This document shows, in pieces, positions 1 to 13,000 of a stretch of 43,470 nucleotides of DNA (positions within the stretch are counted from its first letter, which is position 1; each line of letters starts with the position of its first letter). Both the position numbers and the translations under genes were made by a program. Under the pieces are notes generated by a model, which ran no database searches, was not told where the DNA came from, and saw nothing but the letters and a program-made list of their open reading frames with translations. This stretch comes from Catajapyx aquilonaris (Eukaryota), in the NCBI GenBank assembly GCA_000934665.2, contig KZ538912.1:1-43470 (forward strand), given 5' to 3'.

Positions 1-211
1 GGGGACGAAGAGAAAAAAAGAAAGGAAAAAAAAAGAAAAGAAGAAGACTGCCAGGAGGGGTTGCTAGAGATGGTAAAGAGGGTGAAAAAGGAGGGTTGAC
101 GACTTCGCCACCGCTGCGACGATGATAATTGTTCTCGCCTGCACGCTTCTAACTAATGCCTTTTTTTTTAAAAAAAAGTCTTTGAAGGTGGAGCATTTGG
201 GGGGGGGGGGG

Positions 212-295
212 NNNNNNNNNNNNNNNNNNNNNNNNNNNNNNNNNNNNNNNNNNNNNNNNNNNNNNNNNNNNNNNNNNNNNNNNNNNNNNNNNNNN
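212..295. other. Assembly gap (N run)
   Basis: Ns flanked by poly-G and poly-C; further gaps at 9597, 10327-10333, 17891, 23172, 23808-23939 and 27747. Confidence 0.99.
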
Positions 296-1749
296 CCCCC
301 CCCCCCCCCCCACATTGCCAATTCGATTTTTCTTGGCACTTGTGCTACAAGAGCTCCTCTCAAGAGCGACTCTTGGATGCCGACTGTTTTATCCTCCAAA
401 CGAGGAAAATACAATGTTAAAGGGCTGTTACCCGCATCAAAGGCGTATCCTGTATTGTTGTAACGGGGCTATTTTGTGGGCGCGTGTCACACATTTGGGG
501 TCAAAAAAATGGGTTGTGAAAGTGCCTATGGGATAACATCCACGCACTTGGATTATTGGGATAGATCCTTAGAATATTCGAAGTTAGTCGATGCAAACTG
601 TTTTTAATTTGTAATATCAATCGACTACTAATATGCAATATTTTATATCAGTACAAAAAGCAACAAATCTCAAATACATATACTTGGATGGTATTATGCA
701 ATAATGAGTCAACCCACATTCGAAGCTGAATGGTTGTGATGTCATAAAAATTTTGCTAAGATTTTGCGTGGAAATGACAATGCTCTATGGGTGTATTGGA
801 GGTGAAGAGAAGGTTTGCCCTAATTTGCTCTAATTAAACTTGCGCGAGGCCCGTGTGATTAATTACAGCGAAACCTGTTTATATAGCTTGAGTTTCGTCG
901 TGACGAAAAATTCAATACCGATTATTATTTGCACACAATTTGTATAGCCATTAATTTTGATATTTATTGTACGATTTTTTTAAACTTACGAATTTAGTAT
1001 TAAAATTCATTTTGCTAGTACCCATATTCTTGCTGGGCCCCTTGGTATAGCTATGACTCGCTGAAAGCAAGAATGTTAATCCGCGGCAGTCTCTCCTTTT
1101 TGGGCCAACATTTTCCTTAAGAATAGATGGCAACACACTTCTTCTTGAGAGAAGCTGTGCCCAGCAGCCTCCATTCTGCGGCTAAAATACAAGCAGAAAG
1201 CGGCATTCCTCCTCATCAATCTCTGGGTCCGTGGCAGCCCCCCCAATAGATACATTAATAGGCGATCTCGCCTCTGATAAAAGGCGCCCAGTCATGTGTT
1301 AAAGTGCAAATTAAGGCTGTTTACAGAACACTTGCCGATAATTAAAACTTCCGCGCTCTGATGAGAATTTGATGGAATAAGTTATTAGGTAGAAAAAGAC
1401 AAGAGAGGAGGGGGGGAAAGGGTGTTGCAAAAGAGGGGGGTGGTCTGGCAGAAGGCGCGTCTTTTGGAGGGAAAAATCCGGGGGTTGGATCTTTGCCCAC
1501 CGACCTTTTCCCAGAGCTTGGCTGCAGAATGATTTATGAGGTCCGGTAGCCCGATTCATTAATTACTTCTCGTAGCGATCCGGGGCGGGTCTTTTGGGGC
1601 GGAAGGCGCCAACTTCCTTCGCCTTCCATTCCCAGCATCCTCAACTATTCCTTTCCCAAACCGTCTCTATTTTTTGGGCGGGTTCAAAGTCGACAGTATT
1701 TCCTTTCTACTTGTCTTCAGTTTTGCCTACCAGTTCAGTTGAAGCCAAA

Positions 1750-2587
1750 TTCTGGTTGGCTGAAGCGAAAACTGGGCCACCGGACACGTCATTGGGATTT
1801 CTACCAATCAGAAGCAGTTTTAAGGAGCACTATTGGCTCGTTGGATACTCAACCAATAAGAAGAAGTTTTTGGCTCAATAAGAGTTCTAATTGGCTCGTT
1901 CGGCATTGAACCAATCAGAATCAGTTTTAGCGTGCAAGAAAGGTTCCTATTGGCTCGTTCAGCACTCAACCTATCAGAAGCAGTTTTAGGGAGCAAGGTT
2001 GGCTCGTTGGGTACTCAACCAATAAGAAGCAGTTTTTGGTTCAATGAGAGTTCTAATTGGCTCGTTTGGCATTGAACCAATCAGAATCAGTTTTAGCGTG
2101 CAAGAAAGGTTCCTATTGGCTCGTTCAGCACTCAACCTATCAGAAGCAGTTTTAGGGAGCACGATTGGCTCGTTGGGTACTCAACCAATCAGAATAAGTT
2201 TTTGGCTCAATGAGAGTTCTGATTGGCTCGTTCGGCATTGAACCAATCATAATCAGTTTTAGAGTACAAGAAATGTTCTTATTGGCTCATGCGGAACTGA
2301 ACCAATCAGAATTAGCTTTAACAAGAAAGGTTCTGATCTTCGCTTGTTGGGCACTCAACCAATTAGAAGCAGTTTTTGGCGCAAGGAGGGTTCTGGTTGG
2401 CTCCTTCAGCACTGAACCAATCAGAAGCGGTTTTAGTGAGCAAGAAGAGTTCTAATTGGCTCGTTCAGTACTCAGCCAATCAGAAGCAGTTTTTGGCGCA
2501 AAGAAGGTTCTGATTGGCTAATTCAGTACTGAACCAATCAGATGCAGTTTTATGGTGCAAGGCAGGTTCTGATTGGCTCGTTCAGCG
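1750..2587. repeat. Minisatellite, ~55-bp monomers in a 166-bp higher-order trimer; each monomer carries inverted ATTGG/CCAAT
   Basis: Recurrent TTCTGATTGGCTCGTTCAGCACTGAACCAATCAGAAGCAGTTTT; near-identical blocks recur at 1884, 2050 and 2216 (166-bp period). Confidence 0.9.
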
Positions 2588-5500
2588 TTGTGACGAATTT
2601 TTTTGCCATAATTTAATGCTTCCAAAAATCATAGTAAAATAGCCGCGACTGGTAGCCACCAAAACCCAGCAGTTGGATAGAGAGAGAGAGAGAGCTAGAG
2701 AGAGAGAGAAAAAATAATAATCCGCAGGGGCCTCATGAAACAAATGGAAAATGACGCGAAATTAACTCCGGTGCTGCGAATTGCGGCCTGCCTTCACTTC
2801 CATGCCCCCCGCATTTCAAAACGAGGCCCGCAAACGTTCTGTCACACTTTGACAAACGTGCGAAATTGTCTATCATTACCGGAAATCCTGGAAAACGCTT
2901 TTCATCAGCAGATGACGTGGTCGCATTAATTTCTCCGTGCTTTTCGATAAATTGCGGTCCGGTTATCAAGTCTTTGTGATACGAATCAGGTACTAGGGAC
3001 GTTCATTTTTTATGCACAATTTTTGCGCAAATGGCGATTGGGTGCGCGTGCATGTAAACGGACGTGGCTTATTTTTTATGCGGACGTATAGCGCGATATC
3101 GCGCGTTTTTTAATTTGCAACATTTTTTGCACACAATTTATTAATCCTCTCCGGGTTATTTTTATGCATCAGCCTCGTAATAGCTCCTGGCTATCTAGCA
3201 ATAATTAGCAGCAACATTGCGATTTGAGTGCACGCAATAAAATAACGATACATCATCTTGAAGGATATCTATCGATAATTGAAATATCCTCGCGAATCTT
3301 CCACCTTACTCTTCTGGCAGGAAGAGAGAAGACGACCACCTTCTCTTGATAAAAAAAAGAAGAAGAAAAGAAGCAAGGAAAAAAGAAATCCGGAGCTCCG
3401 GATCCGCAATTCCTCACGCGAAGAGAGTCGATAGAAGAGGCCTTTTCCACCCTCGCTCCTTCCCCGTATTGACAAATTGAGGTCTCGTCGTGATTTTTAA
3501 TCTCTAGAGGGCGCCCTTGTATAAATTTTTTTTAAAGGGGGGACTATGGTGGGGTTGAGGGGGAGCGGGGCACCCTTCTCCTCTTTTTAGACTTGGCTGG
3601 AAAGATGCTATGGGTACAAGATATATAAAAAAAAAACGGAGAGGAAAAATCAGTAAAGATGAACCATCCGAAACGGGTTTTTTTTAATCCGGAACGATCA
3701 AAAACTTAAAATTAGTAAAATTTTGCAAAAAGCACACCGTTTGAAGCCTGGACTGACTTACCTGTTAGTTAAAGTGATTTTTTTTTCATATTGAGAGACC
3801 CGGCCGGTTATAGGAATCGGAGAGCGCGTGCCAGACACATTAGCGAGAAATTTAAATGTTATAGATTTAAAAATTATAGGAACATTTCGTGAGCTATCGT
3901 TCATTGCGTATAAATCATGCATATTTATTGCATTACACAACGAATTTAATATGAAATATTCTTAGTTATGTCATTACACAATCAATCAATCACGGCATTT
4001 TCCCAAAATGGGGGTTGCCAGCGATGACCCAGTCATCTTAATTACTGGTAAAATATTTTGGCATTAAATGAGGAATCTGGGATCAAAAACTTCAAAAAAA
4101 ATTTTAGATTGTGCCAGTGAGAGTTAATTAGTATTCATCAGTTTTTGCTCATTTTACGACCAGTTTTACAAGTGGACTGCTGTTTTTGATAATCCATCAA
4201 AATATTGTGTGAATCCATGATGATTTTTCATTCAGTTTTTGATTTTTTTGATATATGGAGGAACTCTCTATTTTTTTTGTTTCAAAAAATGGTATATAAG
4301 GAGGCCTTTGGCCAGGTCCTTTCCCTAGCACCATGATACATTTATGGTAGTAATTATAGGCTGTGGAGGGGATTCTTTATTGACTCAACGTCGGCCGCAT
4401 TAATTCGCATACGCCTAAAGGGTCAATGGGAGATCGATGTTGGTGGCGTTAGGGCAGTTTTATTCGCCTGCCTACGGTTAATTTATGCAGGTTTCGGGCT
4501 TATACACTGCGTGCATGTGTGTGTACGGCATAGAGAGAAGAGAGAGGAAGCTGAATACACGATGCAACTAGTCGATGTTCGTTAGCCTGGAATGTTTTTT
4601 TTTCGTTCACAGCAAGTTAAATGTGTGTCTAGAATTAGAACTGTTTTAGGAGATGACTTGTAGCACTTTATGGCGACAGTAAACCTAATGATAGCTGAGA
4701 TGCTTCGAGATATTATGGGGAGGCCGGAGCAGGTGTACTAAATACAGGGTACTAATTGGGCTTGATTGGTTCTGGTTCTACAGTGAACAGTAAGGTGTCT
4801 GCGAATATATGCACTACAATTATTGCACACAGTGTGATTCCAAACTAATATCCTAACAATGCCATATATACACTTTTGCGTCTCAGTAGAAGGTAACCCA
4901 AGCTCGAAATCATGTCGTATAGCCGAGTAGGGTTTAATTAGTCCGTTTTCTTTGGAAAAGGGGAGGGATGATGGGAGGACGGAAGTGGTAACAAAAGATC
5001 CGGAGACGTATTGATTGGGATCAGAGTGATTCGAGGGGGCGAAAAGGAGTCTCTGAGAGATCGGGTTGGGGAAATCTGCTCGGGTCGTGAAGAGCTCTCG
5101 AGAGCCGCGATTTCTCAGCATTTGCCCGCGATTTCGGGGATGTCGGGGCAAAGAAACCCCCCCCCCCTCCTTCTCCTCTCCCAAACTCCTCTCGTAGAGA
5201 TGGATGACTCGGATTCCTTTTCCTTCTCTGCTCGCATCCCCACGACAACTAGTAGTGCAAAATGATGCGGTAATTAACAGCCCATCATTTTCAGCACTAG
5301 AAATCTCTTCGTCGAGGTTGACACCTCCTTTGGCTTTTCATCCAGACGACACAAAGCGAGGTGTCGGGTTGGAAAGAGGAAGACGACGACTAGAAGGAGG
5401 CTTTCTTCTTCTTCAGTATAGTTTTTCTTTTCTGTCTTTCCAACACCGCTCTCTCTCTCTCTGGTCTTGTCTGTTTTCAGGCGGGGAAACGGGGCGTGGC

Positions 5501-6030
5501 AACCGAATTTTTGCCCCCTGATGGCGAAACTGGGTAATTAAGAGCCTGTTAAGACAAAGACACCCAGAGCGGGCTGAACTCTCTTGTAAATTCACGCAAA
5601 CGGCGTAAAATACGATTAGTGCAAGATGGGGGGTGTTATATCGTCTTATAGGTTGAATGCAATCGGATAGGTTCGCGGGATCAGACCGATTTACACTGCG
5701 GTTGCAAAGCTCGATTGGCAGAAGATTTCAGCCAAATTTTCACATGCTTTGAACCGAACCGAACCTTACATTGCCTTACCTTATCAGAGGGGCCTGAGGT
5801 AATAAAGAAACGACCAAGTCCACTACTTTTAGAGAGTGTAACAATTATGTATTTTAATGTCATTGCGTATTAATTGCACATTTTCGTATGCAGCCGAATT
5901 GCGGCAACATACGGACGTGGAAATTGGAAGATTGTGGGCCTACCAGTGAAAGTTTAAGTAATCATCAGTTTTTGCTCATTTTACGACCAGTTTTTCCAGG
6001 TGGTATCTCATACACCTCATCCTATCTTAT

Positions 6031-6480
6031 GTACTTTACTTTGCCTCGCCGCATCTAACCTAACCTAACCAATACTAGCTTAACCTTATCATCTTATTTA
6101 CTTTACTTTGTCTCGCCGTATCTAACCTAACCTAACCTAACCTAACCTAACCTAACCTAACCTAACCTAACCAATACTAGCTTAAGCTTATCATCTTATT
6201 TACTTTACTTTGTCTCGCCGTATCTAACCTAACCTAACCTAACCTAACCTAACCTAACCTAACCAATACTAGCTTAACCTTATCATCTTATTTACTTTAC
6301 TTTGTCTCGCCGTATCTAACCTAACCTAACCTAACCAATACTAGCTTAACCGTATCATCTTATTTACTTTACTTTGTCTCGCCGTAGCTAACCTAACCTA
6401 TCCTAACCAATACTAGCCTAACCTTAGCTATTTATGTTCTAACCTAACTTAACCTATCATAATTCCTTACCTTGCCTTAC
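6031..6480. repeat. Composite minisatellite: variable (CCTAA)n = (TTAGG)n tracts alternating with a ~50-bp spacer
   Basis: About five units of (TAACC)n-AATACTAGCTTAACCTTATCATCTTATTTACTTTACTTTGTCTCGCCGTATC; TTAGG is the common arthropod telomeric repeat. Confidence 0.9.
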
Positions 6481-7754
6481 CATTGACCCGCAAATATTTC
6501 AGTGGTCGTTTTCAGAGCGTTTCGTCTGGTCTGCCTTTGGGGGTCCGAATTCTTGCCTGGTAGAAGAGGGGAAGGGGGGGTTCCTCCTTGGTGGTTAGGG
6601 CCACCCCTCCGGATCCAGAGGCCTAATCCGCCCTGTCATTCTTGGCGGTGGAGAGATGGAAGCGCTAATCCTTTCATTTGGGGCAAATTCCCCGCCGGGC
6701 TCGGGCTCCGGGCGGAATAGAACAGAGAGGGTGGGAGGAGGGGGGTGGGCCAGGTAATGCTCCAATTAACCGAAAGCTTTGTTGGGGACTACTCCGTGAG
6801 GGTGCGTTAGGCCGCCGTATAAAAATGCTGCCTCATTTTATATATTTTTTGTTGTTGTTGTAACTCCACACAACCAGAAAATTTTGCACAATTCACACTT
6901 TTGCAAAATGGATTCAGCCACTCTGGAAATTGCATGTCGTTTTTGCACTCTGGAGAGGATGCGATATCTGGCTCGTTATAAGAGACCAATTGAGAAATGG
7001 AACGAGGTCCCCCGGATTTTCCGGATTTTTTTTTCCTTTCTTTTTTTTGCTGAACTGAGGGGACAGTCGGAGGCTAGTGCGTGAGGGAGACACATCGGTT
7101 AAATGAGGCTATAGGACTATAGTCAGCGCTTCTCTTGATTAATTGATCGATGGAAAGATGCAAGCGTCACAAGGGGATTGAATTGGGCTTATATATAGAA
7201 GGAGAGGGGGGGGGGTTGGCTTAAGTTTTGTGACGACGATGACAAAGGAAAAACTGGCGATACCAGCCTCCTTCCTCTAATGGACCAATTTTAAGCAACA
7301 AAAGGAGCCGGCGGTTTTGTTGTCCTTTTCGCGCGGCCTCACACATATATCCGACGTCTTATTGCAAAAATGTTTCATTACAGAAAGGGGGGGGTGGGGA
7401 GTGAGGAAAGGAGATTAATCTGTTGACGAAATGTCCGCCAGAGAAAATTATGCTTCGGCGTGACACTTGGACAAGCGCTCTCTCCGGAATAGTGTCATGT
7501 TTTATAAGATAATGACCGTTAGAAAGAGTATTAAAGTCTCGTTAGGGGTTTTGTGCAAAATGTAACGAGTTTCGCAATGGCAAAATGTGTAAACGCCCCC
7601 TTTTTGCAAAAAAGCACGCAACAACAAGAGTTAGTGAATTCATGAATGAACCGTAATCAAAATTCAGTCATAGTTGATGTAACTGTGTTGCACGACTCAT
7701 TATTGATAGAGCAGGCCCACGGGCACTGAATCTGCATGTGAGGTAAATGGCCTC

Positions 7755-7755
<1 letters not shown>

Positions 7756-7807
<52 letters not shown>

Positions 7808-7816
7808 GTAATAATA
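7756..7816. repeat. (AAT)n microsatellite
   Basis: Direct reading. Confidence 0.95.
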
Positions 7817-8917
7817 ACACAGCACAGTGTGCTGCAATTTATATTGTTTGGTGAAAAGGTTGCAACATCTGATTATCTCATTGCTGCTTGCGTTACTCAT
7901 ATTAATTTCTGTATGAGTAATATTCATATTATTATTAGTCTATTAATTTCACATATATTAGCTAACCTTTCCTCGCCTGCATTTAGCAGAAATAGTATGC
8001 CAGACTATCTGACATCTCTTATTATTACATGTCCATTACCACGAGAGAATATCTGGTACTAAAATAAATATGTTAAAATCACCGTCCATATCATTAATTC
8101 TACCCGAATATTTGACTACAATTTAATTACTGGCAGGGTTAATTATTATATAGTGTATGAATGGAAGCTGCTACAATCATGAGCTGCGCGCCGCCTTCGT
8201 CATTCCCGAAATTAATTGCGATAATGATTGGAATCATTAGTACTAACGAGTAACCGTACCATTTATTATCAGCACATTATATATATATTTTTTAAAAAAT
8301 TAAAATATGTAACGGACGACTTTTTGACCCCGTTATAAATCCTGGTGCTCCATCAGGTATTAACTCGACTGCAAAAAAAAACATCGTATGATCGTTATGC
8401 TTCCATTTACTTATTAACCCGATTGGACTCTTCCCCTCCCCTCCCCCCCTTCCAAAAAAAAAAGGAACCAAGGTTTGGATAGAAGGACATTAATCCTTTT
8501 GGCGCTTTTTGCCGGCGTGACAGGCGGACGGAGCGATAGCTGGGTGCATATTGGATGGCCTGCGTCCTTTTTCCCTCTGCAATGTCTCCCATGGCAATCT
8601 ACGAAAAAAAAAACTATCCCACTTTTTTTTAGGCCCCCCCCCCCCTCTTTTCCGCCATGAGTGACGGCGGGGGCCAGCAAGGCCATTTCCCCGCGATCTC
8701 CAAAATTATCGGACTCGAATGGCCACATAAAAAGTCCATTTGCTCTGATAGAGACAGGGGGAGGACTTCCCGAAGACAAAAATCAGGCGCGGCGGGGCCA
8801 TCCCCCCTCCCCAAAATTCAATCTCTCCATGTCCAGTTCGTTCTAAAAATGTTTGAAATAATAATAAAAAAAGAGGTGCACTTATGTAATATAAAAAAAG
8901 AGAGAGATATGTTCATA

Positions 8918-9219
8918 TTGTTAAAGAATTACATACCAAAAATTATTGCAATTGAAATCGCAAAAAAATTTATGTACAAAATTCTACAAACATTATAGCA
9001 GAAAGTTTGTTTGTATGCCCTGGCTATCTAACTCACTTTCGGACTACTGAGAGACCTGAAACTTGCCTTAGATTGTTAAAGAATCACATGCCAATTGTTG
9101 CAATTGAAATCGTAAAAAAAATTGGATAAAATTCTACAACACCCACATTAGAAAGCAGAAAGTTTGCATATCCTGGCTACCTAACTCACTTTTGGACTAC
9201 TGAGAGTGCTGGAACTTGG
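8918..9219. repeat. Diverged tandem duplication of ~150 bp
   Basis: TTGTTAAAGAAT.ACAT.CCAA...GCAATTGAAATCG...GCAGAAAGTTTG...CTAACTCACTTT.GGACTACTGAGAG at 8918-9066 and 9073-9219. Confidence 0.8.
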
Positions 9220-10043
9220 CACTTACTCGCCACTGACTGCGGGGAAAGTCAGAAAACCGCACTATTTAAAGCCTAAATACACAATAAATGAAACAGAATA
9301 AATTGTTAACATCATCAGGCTGTAATCGCTTTATGTCAAGTACAAGACAAGTTACATATACAACCAAAAATGACCAAATTTCAACAATTATTTAAAAAAA
9401 AACTGTGTCACGCCCCTAGGAGTGTGCGTACACTGTATACATCCGATTGTGAACACATGTGTAAATAAGTCTTGACAGGAGTTAATAACAGGGGGCTCGC
9501 GCTCAATTGGACTTCTTATAAGCCTCTCAGCTTCAATTAAGAGAGGAGGTTCGGACTTCTTTTTTTTTATATATATCCCCCCTCCCCCCCCCCCCCNACA
9601 TTAGAAAGCAGAAAGTTTGCATATCCTGGCTACCTAACTCACTTTTGGACTACTGAGAGTGCTGGAACTTGGCACTTACTCGCCACTGACTGCGGGGAAA
9701 GTCAGAAAACCGCACTATTTAAAGCCTAAATACACAATAAATGAAACAGAATAAATTGTTAACATCATCAGGCTGTAATCGTTTTATGTCAAGTACAAGA
9801 CAAGCTACATATACAGCCAAAAATGACCAAATTTCAACAATTCTTTAAATAAAAACTGTGTCACACCCCTAGGAGTGTGCGTACACTGTATACATCCGAT
9901 TGTGAACACATGTGTAAATAAGTCTTGACAGGAGTTAATAACAGGGGGCTCGCGCTCAATTGGGCTTCTTATAAGCCTCTCAGCTTCAATTAAGAGAGGA
10001 GGTTCGGACTTCTTATTTTTTTTATATATCCCCCTCCCTCCCC
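9146..10043. repeat. ~450-bp near-identical direct duplication around a single N (likely haplotype/assembly artefact)
   Basis: 9146-9596 is repeated at 9598-10043 with a few SNPs; the junction is poly-C plus N at 9597. Confidence 0.85.
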
Positions 10044-13000
10044 TCTACTTCTTCTTCCAGTTCCTTCAGCACGATTCGGCCTCGTGCCAGACATTTATCG
10101 GGAGGGAAGAATAAAAATTATATCTCCGGATGCATGCTTGTCTTCTGTTACGAGGAGTTCGTTCCGTATCTGTCTTGCTAACACGGAGCCTGAAATTTAT
10201 GGAAGTGTGGTTAATTTGTTAAGAGAGTGTCACGCTGATTGGCCCGCTTTTTTTTGGGGGACCTCCCCCGTTTTCCTACCCTCCCTGTGTCACGCACAGT
10301 CACAACGGATCAGACACCAATCCCATNNNNNNNAAAAAAAAGGTTAAATACCCCCCCCCCCCCCCACCAAAAGAAGCGAGTCGAATCATGTTTGGTTACA
10401 GTTAAAGAGTAATGTAATACTAAGATGGAAACTTTTTACCCGCTTGTTTCACTCATTCCACCGACTGGGATTTGCTTTCTCGAGACAGTCGCAATTAGTT
10501 CTCCAGAACTGGCAACAAGAGTAATGAGAGAAGGACTGGGTTGAAGAAGGGGGGGTGGAATGAGGAAAAAAGTTTAAAAAAGAAGAGATCCGATTAATCA
10601 GGCAAGATTTTTTTTTTCAAAATGGGGAATTTGTAATGCTATATTTTTGTGAGATCGTCCAATGCGTGCCCTACCAGCTCATTGTTGTACGAATTCTGGC
10701 ATTTTTTTGACAATCTGGGCGAAAAAATTGGTTACTGCGTACCTTTTTGTATAGTTTTCAACTTCTTGATGATATTTTTGCTTGAGAGGCTGTTGAATGT
10801 CATGGAGGCAACATGGGCAAGTATTGAATCCTCTTACCGCCCGGTCTCTCACATCCGACGGTGCGAAGAAGACCCTTGATGGCAAAGAGTGATGATCGAA
10901 ATGAGACACGTGAGGCCCAAGATGGCGGAGCTTGGAAGATGGCGTCGGGGCGTCTGTTTCTGGCGTCGTATGGCGTGATGGATCGGGCTGGATCCCCCCC
11001 GTGAGGACGGTTGGCTTCTGCATCATGGCTACATGAAGGAATAAAGTCCCAGTCAGGTCCAGAAAGAAGCCTCGGGGTTACTAAGATGCCCGTCTTTTGG
11101 CAGAGCAAAACACATTAAAACCGGTCGGCGATGCAACTCAAGCCTAGGTCGGCCATTAGGCCTGGGCGTAACTAAAGGGGGTCGTGAAAAATCCCACGTG
11201 TGTGTGCCCCGTCGTTTACATAATGGCTGTTGCGCACTTGCCCCCTGGGGTAATTAAGGGTAGAGTGGGTATTGTGCTTGGCAATCGTCAATTTGCTAGA
11301 ACGTTGCTCTGGTTTTACTACTCGGGGGCGCAGAATGGAGAGCCCCATCTTATGCCTGCAAAAGCGTGGGGCGAGACCTGGGTGTTGTAACTGGTGTCAG
11401 CGCGTCATCAATCGACATAACTAGGCACAAAAGACGTGAGGGGGGGTTGAATGTGTGTGCAAAAATTAGAATCCAATACATCATCCAGCTGGGAATGGAA
11501 ATCGATGCGAATTTTTTGTGTGTGGTTGTACTTAATAATTGACAGATTGCTCTTTGTAACCTAGTGCACCTTGCCAGACGGATTGCGTAATGATTCAAGT
11601 CGGTACATTGTGATGTACCATTTTCAAGTCAGCACATCTACGGAATTTGTTGGATCACAAACATGAATTACAGTGTAGAAAATCACCACTTTTAACTTCT
11701 AAGTAAGTACGAAATGATTTAGAGCGCAGTTAATAAGGGGCCGAAAGACGTACTGTACGGAGTTGACATACCGGCTCGAATTGGTCTCGCGTCAGGCGGT
11801 CCTCGCACGCGGCCGACGCAGCCTCACGACCCTCATCCGTCAGGCTGCCTGATGGGCCCAGCTTGGGAAATATTTTAATAGGCCCGTTTGCGGCGAAATA
11901 AGCGCGACAGGAGGCCGCCCATTTAACACTGCGCTACTGCCCGTCACGCTGTCACCCAGTGTTATAACAGCACCCGACAACACACGCACACACAAAAAAA
12001 AAGGTATCCGGGCTACAGTATAGTCCACATTGTTTCTTGCTGGAAAGTTGTCTTTAAGAGGCTGACAGGACTAGCCCCCCTCTTCCTCCTCCGTTGGTTA
12101 TTAAGTGTCAAGCGTCATTATTGTCGCCCAATGCTTGTGGAAGCATAAAATCAGTGCTGTGGCGGCCAGGAAATTGGCCTGTCGTAGGTCCACCCATTTT
12201 AAGGGGGACGTCGCGCAAAACACTTTGACGACAGACCGTCCGAATTGAACTTAAGTGACATTCCAGTAGGTGTTTCCCAATTTTTTAAGGTAAAGTACTT
12301 TTTTGGATTGAGACGTTGGGGCCGCAAACTCTGTTCGAATTGACTTGGTAACACGAGTTGTCAGTTGGGTCCGCTTGGACGACTTTCGTCTCCCTGCCAT
12401 TTCTCCGCCGAGTTAGGGGCCAAGTGGGCTTCCTTTGACACTTCGTTAGGCCCGAAAAGAGAGCCGAGGACACGGATTGGCCCTGGGGACTCTAACCTCC
12501 CCCCCACCATCACCACATCTCGACTCTCGCGCCCTCCTTTCCCGTCACGCCAATATTATGAAGCGGCCCCAAATTTCATTACATTTGCATTTGACGACCG
12601 CTTCTTAGCCCCCGCCCCGCCACCGAGGCAGCTAGGAAATGTCCTGTCTTGTCTCGAGAAGGTTCCCCCCCCCCCTTCTTAAGATGCTAAAGAGTGTCTT
12701 CTTTTTTTAAAAAATGAGGGGGTGCAGCCGAATTCTGCGTTGGGATGAACAGAGAAATTATTGGTTACGAGGGAGACATGGTGTCAATATTTTTTTTACA
12801 GAACACGTGTAACATGGTATCAGTTTATGAGGCAAACTGTCCATATACCCTGTACAGCCCCTGTAACATCTGAAATTCAGGATTGACGCTTTGTTTTGCA
12901 AAACAACCCAAATCTAACCTGACAAGCACTGGAATATTATCAGAGCCTGTACAGTCAGTCCGTGACATGAATTTACACTGTACGGCACATAATACGTGGA

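Noticed and set aside
1750..2587. CRISPR-like appearance of palindromic repeats
   Set aside because: The intervening segments are themselves repeated, there are no cas genes, and the context is eukaryotic.
10679..11026. 115-aa minus-strand ORF
   Set aside because: No recognisable family or splice context; possibly a TE remnant.
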